Both the position numbers and the translations under genes were made by a program. Source: Fibrobacteria bacterium (GTDB lineage: Bacteria > Fibrobacterota > Fibrobacteria > UBA11236). From it: a stretch of 64,000 nucleotides of DNA. The notes under the pieces were generated by a model. It saw only the letters and a list, made by a program, of their open reading frames with translations. It made no database searches and was not told the origin of the DNA. Shown in pieces: positions 1-10,348 of this stretch; the first letter of the stretch is position 1, and each line of letters starts with the position of its first letter. The stretch spans positions 96,001-160,000 of the forward strand of contig JAYTHY010000074.1 in NCBI GenBank assembly GCA_043732185.1, in the 5' to 3' direction.

Positions 1-1
1 G

Positions 2-676
2 GGTGGTATCAACGGAAATGGATCGGAAGTGGCCTACAATTGGGTTCACGATATTGGCAGAGGGCTTGCTTATGGTACCGTTCCTGCTTTGTATACCGAT
101 GGTTCCCTTGATTATACAACTTATCACCATAATGTTGTTTGGAATCTCACTGGAGCAAATGCCGGTGCCGTGCAGATCAACAATACTGCCGGAGACAAAA
201 ACGGAAACCAGGGCATCTTCATCTACAATAACACGGGTCATAATGTCTCTAGTGCCATTACGGGTGTCGATCCCACCTACACCGAAAAAAACAACTATGT
301 CAACCAAGCAACCGCCAATTATGTCAGCGCAACTACTTACGACTTTCACCTCATTTCAACTTCGTCCGCCGTCAACACAGGTGTAGTTATTCCGGACATC
401 ACGGACAACTATGTTGGCAGCAGTCCCGACAAAGGTGCCTACGAGTATAACGGGAATGAGGTCGTAAGCAATTGGCGCGCGGGTTTGAATGTACCCATTT
501 ATTATACTGGTAATGGCACATGGTTACCGACTCCGGTGCATGCCCAAACAAGATTATTTCAAAAACCACCCCTCCAAGAATTCGATAGGCTATACGAAAT
601 CCAGGGACGATTACTGCATCGGGTTGGAGCTAAGCAGGTGCATGTAATACGGCGATCTTCATCACGAAATAAATAA
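2..676 (+). CDS. 5'-truncated secreted protein, right-handed beta-helix-like, with C-terminal sorting-like tail
   Basis: Frame is open from base 2 (GGINGNGSEVAYNWVHD). Asn-rich repeats (YNWVHD, HHNVVWN, IYNNT), a PDKGAYEY end motif and an LYEIQGR tail. Confidence 0.6.
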   Translation, partial: GGINGNGSEVAYNWVHDIGRGLAYGTVPALYTDGSLDYTTYHHNVVWNLTGANAGAVQINNTAGDKNGNQGIFIYNNTGHNVSSAITGVDPTYTEKNNYVNQATANYVSATTYDFHLISTSSAVNTGVVIPDITDNYVGSSPDKGAYEYNGNEVVSNWRAGLNVPIYYTGNGTWLPTPVHAQTRLFQKPPLQEFDRLYEIQGRLLHRVGAKQVHVIRRSSSRNK

Positions 677-752
677 TGAACCTATGCCCTATGTACGATT
701 ATTTTAGTGATGAATTAATTTTGAAGTTTTTCACACCCAGAAGGAATCTATC

Positions 753-2036
753 ATGCTAGGACTTCGTAAATTGGTGGCAATCCCATACCATTCAAAAAGT
801 ATTCTACATATCGCTCTTGCCGGTTTTTTCTGTATATCCGCCTCGATATCCGTTCACTCCCAACCGCTTCCTTCAGGGCCCCGGCTAAAAGAGTTGGCCG
901 ATAAGGCCGGTTTGTTATTAGGCGTGCGGACACTCATGCTTAGTGACACCTACAACACAGTTGTGGAAAGGGAATTCAATACTGGAACCACAACCTGGTA
1001 CGCTAAGTGGGAGGCGGAAGGTGTCACAGCATATGATCATTTCAACAAGGGGGTGAATTGGCTGTATTCAAAAAATATGCACCCGATGAATCACATGTTA
1101 TTCGGTCCGGATCAATATGAAAAAGCCCGTGTCAATGTGCTTACGGAAGCGGCGGCTTTGGATACCGTCATGGAAAGCCGTGTTCGCGGGATTATGCAAA
1201 GCAATGGGAATAGTACCAAGGTCAACTCCTGGAATATCGTGAATGAAGCGTTCCAGTGGAGCAGTGACGGCAGCAATGGGGACTATTGGGTGGAAAGCGG
1301 CATCGATCCCATGGTGTGGTGGAAAATGGGCTCGGAGAATGACAATTCCGGACTCACTGGGATAGATAAAGTCAATGTTAGGCATCCCATTTTCATCCGG
1401 AAAGCTTTTGAGTACGCTCGAAAATACACTACCGGTAAGCTGGAGCTGCGCGAGAACACCATTGAGTTCTCCTCTAAAAAATCGCGGGCGTTTTATCAGC
1501 TTGTAAAACATCTTAAGAATTCGGGCGTGCCCATTGATGCGATTGGCATGCAATGCCACCTTGAATTTGGTTTCAATACGGTTCAATTGGCCCAGGAAAT
1601 ACGTAAATACCGCGCCTTAGGTTTGCAGGTTTATTTTTCGGAAGTGGATATCAGCTGCGGAAATCAAGCTTGGACGAGCACGGTGGCGGAATTACAAAAG
1701 CAGGAATATCGAAAACTGATCACCGTCGCACTTGAAGAAGGAGTGAGTCAAGTCCACTTCTGGGGCCTCCGCGATGCCGATGAAAATTGGCTTGGGGATA
1801 AGAGTCCCTTGTTATTCGATAAGAATTCCAGCCCGAAACCAGCCTACTATGGAGTACAAGAAGCCCTGGTAGCCTTTAATGCCAAGACTACAGCCCTTTT
1901 CAATTCTGGACGCGGAATTTTCCATTTGAGTCGGGCACCTCTTGAGCCTACCGTACTTGGAATTTCGATAGATGGTCGGGTTAGAGCTTTACCACATGTC
2001 TTCGCGGAAATGCTCCCCCTATTTCCATCACGGTAG
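753..2036 (+). CDS. Glycoside hydrolase family 10 (endo-1,4-beta-xylanase-like), secreted
   Basis: GH10 motifs WNIVNEA (acid/base), PIDAIGMQCH, FSEVDI (nucleophile), FWGLRD, PKPAYYG; signal peptide. Confidence 0.9.
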   Translation: MLGLRKLVAIPYHSKSILHIALAGFFCISASISVHSQPLPSGPRLKELADKAGLLLGVRTLMLSDTYNTVVEREFNTGTTTWYAKWEAEGVTAYDHFNKGVNWLYSKNMHPMNHMLFGPDQYEKARVNVLTEAAALDTVMESRVRGIMQSNGNSTKVNSWNIVNEAFQWSSDGSNGDYWVESGIDPMVWWKMGSENDNSGLTGIDKVNVRHPIFIRKAFEYARKYTTGKLELRENTIEFSSKKSRAFYQLVKHLKNSGVPIDAIGMQCHLEFGFNTVQLAQEIRKYRALGLQVYFSEVDISCGNQAWTSTVAELQKQEYRKLITVALEEGVSQVHFWGLRDADENWLGDKSPLLFDKNSSPKPAYYGVQEALVAFNAKTTALFNSGRGIFHLSRAPLEPTVLGISIDGRVRALPHVFAEMLPLFPSR

Positions 2037-3251
2037 CTCCAATACCCAACGATACGCTTGCATAATATCCCGGCGAAACACATCTACTGTTCCATTTAAG
2101 TAAACATGGAATTTGCGGTACACGGACTCGTCACAAGTCCGTACAATGGCATCACGGTTGCGCTCGAGATTTAGCGCCCAATGCCGGGCTGTGAGCATAT
2201 AACTGTGTCGATCATCCCAAACCCCTAGCAATCGAAAAGGTGTTTTTGACAATTCTGTCATATAATCATGCAGGCATAGTGGGGAACAGTTACCGGGATA
2301 AATATGCTTGGATATGAAACTGTGGAACTTGTATTTCTCTCGGCAGGCGCTCGCGTCCAGATAAATTTTCCCTCCTGGTTTCAAAAGCCGTTGGTAGGTG
2401 GCGAGCGATTTCCGATAGTCCGGTAGGTGTTCGGTAACGCCCAAGTTGACAATGGCATCGAACTTTACACCGGGATTGAATTCATAAAGATGGTTATTGA
2501 CCACATCACAGGGTAGCTTTTCCGACGAGATCATGCGTTGTAAAAACTGTTCGCTTTCCTTGGATATGGTAAGCGATGTAACGCGAATGCCTTTTTTTCC
2601 GGCATGCTCATTGAACGCACCCCATCCGCCGCCAATGTCGAGCACATGATCCCCAGCCTTGGCTCCCACTGCATTGATGGCAAATTCGATTTTCCGGGTC
2701 ATGGCATCTTCCAGGGGCTCGTCATCATGCGCAAAAACGCCTTGGGAATAGCACCGGTGCCGCGTATCGAGAAAACCCAAATAGAGATCCAACGAATTGT
2801 CATAATGTGTGGAGATATGTGAACGATCCATTTTGGTCTGGCCGAACACGAGTGGTTTAGCCAGATTCCATATATAACTGAGCGGGTGTTTGTCCGTGGT
2901 CATATCTCGAAAGCGGTGCACCATGTCCATATCGCCAGTGATATTGATATGGCCCAGAACATAAGCCTCCACGAAGGCTAATCCATCCAGAGACGCCAAT
3001 GCGGAAACGCCAACCTTATCCATGACCTTGAAAGTGATGGTAGGTTCGCCTTGTCCAAATCGGAAAGGCTTATCTTCGCGCCATTGCAAATTGCAGGGAA
3101 CGCCTTGTCCACTTGCGTAATATTCGCCGCAAATTTTTCGCAAAAAGTTTACCAATCTCAGGAAACCGGGATCGGGAGGAATTGTTTGGAACGATCCGGA
3201 TTCTGAATTGGCGCTTTCGGTAGCAATTGGAGCGTATTCGGTTTTTTCCAT
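2028..3251 (-). CDS. cfa: Cyclopropane-fatty-acyl-phospholipid synthase family SAM-dependent methyltransferase
   Basis: ISTHYD, YSQG, LDIGGGWG, TISKE, EH and IYPG motifs. ATG 3251 chosen over GTG 3266. Confidence 0.8.
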   Translation of the reverse strand: MEKTEYAPIATESANSESGSFQTIPPDPGFLRLVNFLRKICGEYYASGQGVPCNLQWREDKPFRFGQGEPTITFKVMDKVGVSALASLDGLAFVEAYVLGHINITGDMDMVHRFRDMTTDKHPLSYIWNLAKPLVFGQTKMDRSHISTHYDNSLDLYLGFLDTRHRCYSQGVFAHDDEPLEDAMTRKIEFAINAVGAKAGDHVLDIGGGWGAFNEHAGKKGIRVTSLTISKESEQFLQRMISSEKLPCDVVNNHLYEFNPGVKFDAIVNLGVTEHLPDYRKSLATYQRLLKPGGKIYLDASACREKYKFHSFISKHIYPGNCSPLCLHDYMTELSKTPFRLLGVWDDRHSYMLTARHWALNLERNRDAIVRTCDESVYRKFHVYLNGTVDVFRRDIMQAYRWVLELP

Positions 3252-3505
3252 TAAAGACACCTTCACGAAAATGTGGGTTGAGTAACCATTAAAGTAAAAT
3301 TCGACATTGAGGATTTCAATTATATCCGCAAAAGCTGTAAATATATTCGACGCTTTTACTCAATAACGGCAATAAAAACGGATTAGGGCTTAATATTTCC
3401 TCGCTTTTATAAGCGAATTGTCTGCGTATAATAGCCGATAGCATTTACATTTTCCAGCTACGATTTTGTTCACCTTCAATCACACCTTAAGCCTAAGGGA
3501 ACTAC

Positions 3506-3610
3506 ATGAAGACCGCCCGATCCTTGTTTTCGACCGCTGTTTTGCTCCTAAATATCAATGCCAATGCAATTTTGATTACAGCCTTGCCCGTTTACGCAAA
3601 TCACGCATAA
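3506..3610 (+). CDS. Possible 34-aa small hydrophobic peptide or signal-peptide remnant (MKTARSLFSTAVLLLNINANAILITALPVYANHA)
   Basis: AAGGGA ribosome-binding site 5 nt before ATG. Not in the ORF track because it is under 60 aa. Confidence 0.35.
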   Translation: MKTARSLFSTAVLLLNINANAILITALPVYANHA

Positions 3611-3648
3611 CCTAATTCTAAAGACGAATACAAAACAGGATAACGCAC

Positions 3649-4131
3649 ATGGCTGATTTCAATATCGCAGTAGAAAAGACTTTGCTTCGTGAAGGTGGGG
3701 CCAAAATAACCGAAGATCCAAAGGACAAAGGAGGCTTGACAAAATTTGGAATCTCTCAGCGCAGTTATCCCAAAGTTGATATTCGCGCCTTGACTAAAGG
3801 CCAGGCTAAGGCCATTTATAAAGCCGACTATTGGGATAAAATTCGTGGCGATGACATCAAGTCACAACTAATAGCGGAAAATATTTTTGACACTGCGGTA
3901 AACATGGGCTCAAAAACTGCAGCGCGTTTGGTTCAGGAATCTTTGCAAATAGCTAAGCCGGACGGTATTATCGGACCCAAATCCTTGGAGGCGATCAATG
4001 GCCAATCGGAACGTGAGTTTCTTTCGGGTTTTACGTTGGGGAAAATTGGTCGTTACGTAGATATTTGCGTCAAAGATAAAACCCAGGAACGTTTTTTACT
4101 GGGATGGATACGGAGAAGCCTGGAAGCTTAA
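3649..4131 (+). CDS. Glycoside hydrolase family 108 lysozyme-like peptidoglycan hydrolase
   Basis: EGG..DPKDKGGLTKFGIS, YKADYWD, FDTAVNMG, DGIIGPKS, FLLGWIRR. Confidence 0.9.
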   Translation: MADFNIAVEKTLLREGGAKITEDPKDKGGLTKFGISQRSYPKVDIRALTKGQAKAIYKADYWDKIRGDDIKSQLIAENIFDTAVNMGSKTAARLVQESLQIAKPDGIIGPKSLEAINGQSEREFLSGFTLGKIGRYVDICVKDKTQERFLLGWIRRSLEA

Positions 4132-4169
4132 ATAGGGTACGCCGGTATTTGCACCGGCGCCCATACCGA

Positions 4170-4652
4170 TTAGTGGTGGTGGCCACCGGGACCATGCACA
4201 TGGCCATGGCCTATTTCATCCGCGGTTGCTTCACGAACTGCGACAATTGTGACATCAAAATTAAGATCCACTCCGGCTAATGGATGATTGCCATCCACTA
4301 CCACTTTGTCGCCATCAATTCCTATCACGGTAATGATCCGGACGCCATCTTCCCCTTCCGCTTCCAGCTCCATGCCCTCTTTAAGGTCCGGAATATCGGC
4401 AAAGTCGGCCTTGGTTAGGTTTTGTAAAAGCTCCTCATCTCGCGCCCCATACGCTTCCACATGCGGTATATTGGCTTTCAATGCCTCTCCAACAGTTTTG
4501 CCTTCCAGAACTTTTTCCAATCCGGGAATCAGTTGGCCGGCGCCATGGATAAACTGCAGGGGTTTGCCCTTGGAGGAGCGGTCCAGGACCTCGCCCTTTC
4601 CATCGGTTAGGATATAGTCGATGGATACCACAGAATTCTTGGAGATCTTCAT
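4170..4652 (-). CDS. slyD: FKBP-type peptidyl-prolyl isomerase SlyD
   Basis: VSIDY, LIPGLE, AYG, DGNHPLAG, VREAT..EI.HGHVH and a His-rich tail. True start is MKISK at 4652. Confidence 0.93.
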   Translation of the reverse strand: MKISKNSVVSIDYILTDGKGEVLDRSSKGKPLQFIHGAGQLIPGLEKVLEGKTVGEALKANIPHVEAYGARDEELLQNLTKADFADIPDLKEGMELEAEGEDGVRIITVIGIDGDKVVVDGNHPLAGVDLNFDVTIVAVREATADEIGHGHVHGPGGHHH

Positions 4653-4835
4653 AAAAACACCTTGTTTGCAGGGTTGATTGTTTGCGCCGGATAGTATGGT
4701 ACAAATTATTTCTAAGTGCGTCTTGGAGCCCCCATTTTCCCGACAAAAGCGCTGGAATTTGAGGGCGGAATTCTCTTTGTCGGTGTAGGTTTGGGTGGAT
4801 TCTACTCCTATTTGAATCTCTCCAAAAGGACAGGC

Positions 4836-5939
4836 ATGCATCAAATCGAATGGACGAAAAAATGTGGATGGGTTCTATGTGCATTCCTTACAGGTCTCTT
4901 GCCATCACACCTGATTGGTGGCCAATCGGCGGATTTGAGCGCAATATCCATTTTCCCTAAGGATAATTATTGGCATTGGGATATTTCCGGATTGCAAGTG
5001 CATCCCAATTCGGACAATTTTGTGGCATCGGTAGGCAAAACCGGTTCCTTGCATCCAGATTTCGGATCCACTCTTGGAGGCGCTGGCTGGGGCATTCCTT
5101 ATTTGCTGGTGGATAAAAACCAGGCGAAAATTCCCGTCAATTTTATAGACTATCCCGACGAAAGCGATCCGGGGCCGTATCCCATTCCTCTCAATGCGCC
5201 CATCGAAGGAGGGGATCCCCTATCGGGCGATCGACACACCCTAGCCATCGATAAGGATGCCAAAATTCTCTACGAGCTGTATATCGCTCAGCCCAAAACC
5301 GATCATTGGAATGCCGGCTGCGGGGCTAAATTTGATCTCAGCTCCAATGCCATGCGTCCCGATACCTGGACCTCGGCCGATGCCGCTGGGCTTCCCATTT
5401 TACCGGGCCTGGTGCGCTATGATGAAATTGCCAGGGGAGAAATCGATCATGCCATTCGAATGACCGTTGTCGTGAGTCAAAAAAAATACATCTGGCCCGC
5501 TCAGCACTATGCCAGCAGTAACACCAGCGCTAACGTACCTCCCATGGGTCTTCGGTTCCGACTCAAGGCCAGCGTCGATATTTCCAAACTTCCTCGCGCT
5601 GCCAAAATAGTGGCTACGGCACTAAAAAAATACGGAATGATTGTGGCCGATAATGGCGGCAATTGGTTTATTTCCGGCGCGCCCGATGATCGCATGCCGG
5701 ATGCCGAGATCGATGCGCTTAAAGGCTTGAAAGGCAGCGACTTTGAGGCCGTACTGAGCGTAGATGCGAACGGAAACCCCATTGCACCCAGCGCCATTTT
5801 TTCCCATCGCATTTCTAATCATGCGAGCCAAGGAGAAATCAAGGAGTGGTTCGATCCACTTGGACGACCGCTTGGATCCAATGTGGAAGCGATTATTCCA
5901 TTCCGTCCCATTCTCTCTGGAATCGGGCCAAAAAATTAA
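4836..5939 (+). CDS. Secreted conserved protein of unknown function with C-terminal sorting-like tail
   Basis: AAAGGA RBS before ATG 4836 and a signal peptide. Conserved-looking motifs GDRH, SADAAGLPILPGL, IDHAIR, PMGLRFRL, YGMIVADNG; WFDPLGR tail. Confidence 0.7.
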   Translation: MHQIEWTKKCGWVLCAFLTGLLPSHLIGGQSADLSAISIFPKDNYWHWDISGLQVHPNSDNFVASVGKTGSLHPDFGSTLGGAGWGIPYLLVDKNQAKIPVNFIDYPDESDPGPYPIPLNAPIEGGDPLSGDRHTLAIDKDAKILYELYIAQPKTDHWNAGCGAKFDLSSNAMRPDTWTSADAAGLPILPGLVRYDEIARGEIDHAIRMTVVVSQKKYIWPAQHYASSNTSANVPPMGLRFRLKASVDISKLPRAAKIVATALKKYGMIVADNGGNWFISGAPDDRMPDAEIDALKGLKGSDFEAVLSVDANGNPIAPSAIFSHRISNHASQGEIKEWFDPLGRPLGSNVEAIIPFRPILSGIGPKN

Positions 5940-6564
5940 GCATGAACACATGGCGTTCTTCAGCCATTGCTCGACCCATGGGCGTATTCATCTTATCCTT
6001 TAGCTTTAATAGCTTTTCGTGAAAATGATTGATGCTGGTGGAGCGTCCGCTCCGATAGCTGGATTGATCCAGAAGATCGCGAGGAGCTGTTGCAGGTTCA
6101 TGCATGGCATTTCCCCGGCTGCCGCCGTAAGCAAATGCACGGGCGATGCCCACCGCTCCGAGCGCGTCCAGGCGATCGGCATCCTGCACGGCCATGAGTT
6201 CAGGGGATTTTGCAACGGATTTTTTCCGATCGAGATCGCTACCAAATGAAACTCTTGCGAGTATATCTTCCAGCGTTGCGCGTCTCTCAGCGGATAAACC
6301 ACAGGTGTCCAAATAATCGGAAAGCACTTTTAAACCTTGTTCGGGAGTTCCGTTGAGCTTGGGATCCGCCACATCGTGCAAGAGGGCCGCCATTTCCACT
6401 AAAAATGGGTCTGCACCTACCTCAGGGCCAATGTGCAAGGCCAATTGACGAACGCGATGGATATGCCAATAATCATGTCCACAGGCGTTGGCTTCAAGGA
6501 GCTTAAGGACAAAGGCTTCCGTACGTGCCAGGAGCTCAAGGGTAGAGCTAGTATTTTCGGTCAT
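5893..6564 (-). CDS. HD-domain metal-dependent phosphohydrolase
   Basis: GHDYWHIHRV, LLHDVAD, QDADRLDALGAVGIARAF, HFHEKLLKL. Confidence 0.9.
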   Translation of the reverse strand: MTENTSSTLELLARTEAFVLKLLEANACGHDYWHIHRVRQLALHIGPEVGADPFLVEMAALLHDVADPKLNGTPEQGLKVLSDYLDTCGLSAERRATLEDILARVSFGSDLDRKKSVAKSPELMAVQDADRLDALGAVGIARAFAYGGSRGNAMHEPATAPRDLLDQSSYRSGRSTSINHFHEKLLKLKDKMNTPMGRAMAEERHVFMLNFLARFQREWDGME

Positions 6565-6648
6565 TCCGGAAAGATAACCATAGCCCTTACTGCGGTATAG
6601 GCTTGTTATTATTTAGGTCCAGACCAAATTAAGCGAGGAAGGTTTTTA

Positions 6649-6918
6649 ATGGGATACAATGGCGGTAAAAACAATTATGAAGAACGGGACAGGCTCTTTC
6701 AGCAAAGTTTAGATGGCAAACCAGTAAATCGCAATGATGTCAAAAAAGGCTTGAACGAATTGTTCAAAAACAAACCCCAGGGTGTCGATGAACGCTGCAC
6801 CAAAGGCCATTCTTGGATTCGCGACTTCGACGAAAAAGAAAAATGCGCTTACTGTCGCACTCCGCGCCCCCCCGGAGAAGCCACCCGACCCGGTTTTGCT
6901 CCCGGCACAAAAGTCTAG
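6649..6918 (+). CDS. Small hypothetical protein, possible zinc ribbon
   Basis: GAGGAAGG RBS; C-x3-H ... C-x2-C pattern (CTKGH, CAYC). Confidence 0.6.
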   Translation: MGYNGGKNNYEERDRLFQQSLDGKPVNRNDVKKGLNELFKNKPQGVDERCTKGHSWIRDFDEKEKCAYCRTPRPPGEATRPGFAPGTKV

Positions 6919-6936
6919 AATACATAACGGCTGCGC

Positions 6937-8124
6937 TCACAGCGGGGCAAATTGGATCTCTATCCCTTTTTCCAAAAAGAGATCCACGGATTGTGGTTTT
7001 ATTTTGCGTTTGAATTTGTCCAAAAGCAACAGGATTTGTGGTTTTTCCTTGGCGCTTAAATTGACCTTTGTGACGACGCCAATATTGCCAATCATGACCG
7101 GATAGGGCGATTTGATGACGACGATGCGCGTACCGGCAGGAAAAACAGGAATGGATGTGATCAAGGCATTGACGACATGGGAGTTCAATCCCTTGCCTGC
7201 ATCCGCGATGAGGGCGCGCATAGCATCCAATGGAGCTAAAGGCGCAACGGTTCCGGGCCGGGGGGAAATGCCACTGATGTATTTATCGGCTACCGCAGCC
7301 ACTTGGGCATAGCGATGAATATTGCCTCCCGCATGATGCAACGTTTTTTGTGGAAGCACATCATCCGCTTTTAGTGCACGGGGAAATCCACAACCATCCA
7401 ACCGTTCATGATGCTGGTAGGCCACATGGGCGGTATTGATATTGATGCCATCATTGGCCCTTAAGATGACGAATCCTACGGAAGGATGTTCTTGTAACAA
7501 CAGGTTTTCCCTCAATGACAACGGGCCTGTTTTCGCAAAAATAGCATCGGGTATGATGATCATGCCCAGATCCATCAGGAAGCAGCCCAGCGCCATGTCT
7601 TGAATGTCCGGCATCGGGAACTTAAGCTTTGACGCAAGCATCGTAGCCATGATGGTCACATCCAGACAGTGTTGATGGAGATACCCATCCTTGGTGCGCA
7701 TGGATGCCAGATTCACCAGAATGGGTTCCTGGCCCAGAATCGACCGAATGATTTGATCGACAATCGATTTCATCTGCTCGGTTGCGATCATGTTTTTGAA
7801 CCGACCAGGGTCTGCCTTAAAATGGGTCAGATTCTCCAATGTGGCGTCTTGAACTTCGCTGATCTTCTGGATCATGCTCATATTGTCTTTCCAGGCCTGC
7901 TGGGCCTGGAGGGCGAGTTGATCGTTGACATTTCCAGTGGGCTGGGTTTCATCTCCTTCCATATGCACCCAAATGGAACGCATACCCGTGCGCTTACATC
8001 GCGCAATGACAGCTTCATCCAGAAGAAAGCCGGCCGCCAACTGAATGCCATTTCCCCCACCGCCTAAAACGGAGCGGGCCACCATCATCCCAGGGGTGAC
8101 TTCTTCAATGGAAAGCTCAATCAT
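6937..8124 (-). CDS. HD-GYP domain protein with degenerate active site
   Basis: HQHCLDV, EHP, QHHERLDGCGFP, VAD. The HD motif is replaced by MD (FLMDLGM). Confidence 0.8.
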   Translation of the reverse strand: MIELSIEEVTPGMMVARSVLGGGGNGIQLAAGFLLDEAVIARCKRTGMRSIWVHMEGDETQPTGNVNDQLALQAQQAWKDNMSMIQKISEVQDATLENLTHFKADPGRFKNMIATEQMKSIVDQIIRSILGQEPILVNLASMRTKDGYLHQHCLDVTIMATMLASKLKFPMPDIQDMALGCFLMDLGMIIIPDAIFAKTGPLSLRENLLLQEHPSVGFVILRANDGININTAHVAYQHHERLDGCGFPRALKADDVLPQKTLHHAGGNIHRYAQVAAVADKYISGISPRPGTVAPLAPLDAMRALIADAGKGLNSHVVNALITSIPVFPAGTRIVVIKSPYPVMIGNIGVVTKVNLSAKEKPQILLLLDKFKRKIKPQSVDLFLEKGIEIQFAPL

Positions 8125-8309
8125 AGCGGTTTTTGATTTCCCTCAAGATAAGGAATTATCCCATAAAATTGAGGCAATGATGTTGCATTCGGGCCAAAAA
8201 ATAGAATCGGGCCGCTCAAGCGTTTTAAGTCTGGCTGGAAGCCTGAGTTCCGCAGGAGATTTCCCGGTTTTGGTACTAAGTTTTATACCATCCAAACTGC
8301 CAGGAGCCT

Positions 8310-10295
8310 ATGAAAACATCCTCGACCAAACGACTCGCCCTCATCGGAGCGTGCTGCTCTTTACTCACTGTTCGTATTAATGCAGCGCTTAACTATGAAG
8401 CAGGCTTCTCGGAAATCGAACCTGTGAGCTTCAAACTCCAAATACCTTCCGTATCCACTGCATCCTACACAAGTTCACGCACTCGACTTTTTTACGCCTT
8501 TCAACCTGCCGATGTCGATCAAGCCAACAAGCCGTTAGCTATTTTTTTTAATGGCGGTCCAGGCAGTTCCACCGGTCTTTTGTGGGGATTCAATACCAGC
8601 CATATGACCCTGGATTCGTCGCGCACCGGTGGCAAAGCCATTGCCTCCAACCCTTATACCTGGTCGAGTTTCGCCAACCTGCTTTATGTCGATGCGCGCT
8701 GTACTGGCTTTTCCTATGGCATGATGACGAATCCTCAGAACGATGTCGCCCGAGCCGCCGAATTCCATCTCCGGAATTTCAACTCCTATATCGATGGTGC
8801 CGATTTTGTGCGATTGTTGCTGCGTTTTCTGAAAAGTCATCCGGAACTTCGAACCAATCCAGTGGTGGTGGTTGGGGAAAGTTATGGTGGAATCCGGGCG
8901 GATGTTATTTTCGATTTGCTGCTGCGTTATCAGGAGTTCGGAAATGGAAATGAAATTTATCAAGATACGGCATTGGTTAGAGAGATCAAGGAGCATTATG
9001 CCTTTGCCTTTCCAACTTTTGTGGGCCAAACCGTGCCGCCTACAACTATTGCCACGCAATTCGGCCACCAAGTCCTCATCCAGCCCGTGATGGCCAGCAG
9101 GGCCATGGCCGATTCTCAGGCCGGTAACATGTGGGAATTGCCCGGTTCGATCATTTACGATTTAGCCAAGGAAACCGGACGCACATTTACACCCTGCGCC
9201 CAAGCGGGATGCAATAAGATGAACAACGCCATAGCCTTTGTACAGGCTGCGGGACGGGATTTGTATGCCATTCACAAACCAATGAATTGGGTCAATGGAA
9301 ATGTGGCCCTGCTGCCGTTAAGACTCAACGACATTTCAGTTCTGCAAGCGATGACTGTAATCGATCCTCATACAATTACGCAACTCTATGCAACTAGCCG
9401 TGCCCAAGCGTACCGGGTAAACGCCCTGACTCCACTGGGCGTGACGGAAGCCTGGTTGTCGCAAGGTGGACAGGAAGCCCTTCCCATTGGACCCATGGCC
9501 TTGGCCAAATACAATGCGTCCATGGTTGCCGCAGAAAGTCTTTCCACTGTATTTGGCCCCTTGCAGGCCTGGGATCGGTACTACATGACCAATCACAACG
9601 ATTTCGATTTGACTTTCTATGGCGCCGATGCCTTCAAATATCAAATCAGCCCCAATAGCAACCTTTTTGGCGAAAGGGCGCTTCGGAATATGTACTACAT
9701 CAAAACCTTCATCACCAATGCCAGAAATGACATGGTCTGCTATGCACCCGCCTTGAAACCCGTGTTCTTAAAATTTCCATCCCTGGTGTCCGGAGTTGTG
9801 ATTGATACCGTTCAACCCGTCACCGAAACGCGGCGCGGCGAAATGCGATTAGCGTATCAGGCCGGTGTTTTCGGAGAAAAACTTCCCGCGCAAACCCGCA
9901 CCATCCGGTTTCCCTATTACGCCAATTCCGGCCATGCGGTTTCCCTTTTCCAGCCACAAGAACTGATGCAAGATGTCAAGGCCTGGCTGACTCAAAGCAT
10001 CATTGTCGGCAATGGTCCATCGGATCACAGCGGAACAAAGCAGAATATCAACTTTACTTTTTCTGCGCAAGATGGAAACCTGAGAACCTGGGTTCATTCT
10101 GAAAGAGCACAACACATTCGACTCGATCTTTTTCAAAAGGACGGGAAAAAGGTGGCTACGCTTTTCTCCGGCTCCATTTCATCTGGATCGACAGAAGTCC
10201 ATGCGCCTTTGCAGATTCTCGGTGCAGGGGAATACCTTGCAGTGCTCAGCGGCGAAGGCAACGCGCGTGTTACCCGCTTATTGGCCTTACCATAG
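8310..10295 (+). CDS. Secreted serine carboxypeptidase (peptidase S10 family) with C-terminal sorting domain
   Basis: FFNGGPGSS, NPYTWSSFANLLYVD, GFSY, GESYGG, SGHAV; tail LFQKDGKKVATL...GEYL. Confidence 0.85.
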   Translation: MKTSSTKRLALIGACCSLLTVRINAALNYEAGFSEIEPVSFKLQIPSVSTASYTSSRTRLFYAFQPADVDQANKPLAIFFNGGPGSSTGLLWGFNTSHMTLDSSRTGGKAIASNPYTWSSFANLLYVDARCTGFSYGMMTNPQNDVARAAEFHLRNFNSYIDGADFVRLLLRFLKSHPELRTNPVVVVGESYGGIRADVIFDLLLRYQEFGNGNEIYQDTALVREIKEHYAFAFPTFVGQTVPPTTIATQFGHQVLIQPVMASRAMADSQAGNMWELPGSIIYDLAKETGRTFTPCAQAGCNKMNNAIAFVQAAGRDLYAIHKPMNWVNGNVALLPLRLNDISVLQAMTVIDPHTITQLYATSRAQAYRVNALTPLGVTEAWLSQGGQEALPIGPMALAKYNASMVAAESLSTVFGPLQAWDRYYMTNHNDFDLTFYGADAFKYQISPNSNLFGERALRNMYYIKTFITNARNDMVCYAPALKPVFLKFPSLVSGVVIDTVQPVTETRRGEMRLAYQAGVFGEKLPAQTRTIRFPYYANSGHAVSLFQPQELMQDVKAWLTQSIIVGNGPSDHSGTKQNINFTFSAQDGNLRTWVHSERAQHIRLDLFQKDGKKVATLFSGSISSGSTEVHAPLQILGAGEYLAVLSGEGNARVTRLLALP

Positions 10296-10348
10296 CGGGA
10301 GCAGTATATTGAAATACGCGTCAAATGAATTCAAGGGGACTCGATCCA

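Noticed and set aside
3649..4131. Prophage
   Set aside because: No integrase, structural or replication genes lie around the GH108 gene.
4653..4844. Overlapping N-terminal extensions of slyD and the divergent ORF at 4716
   Set aside because: Better starts with RBS or family-consistent N-termini exist at 4652 and 4836, leaving a normal divergent spacer.
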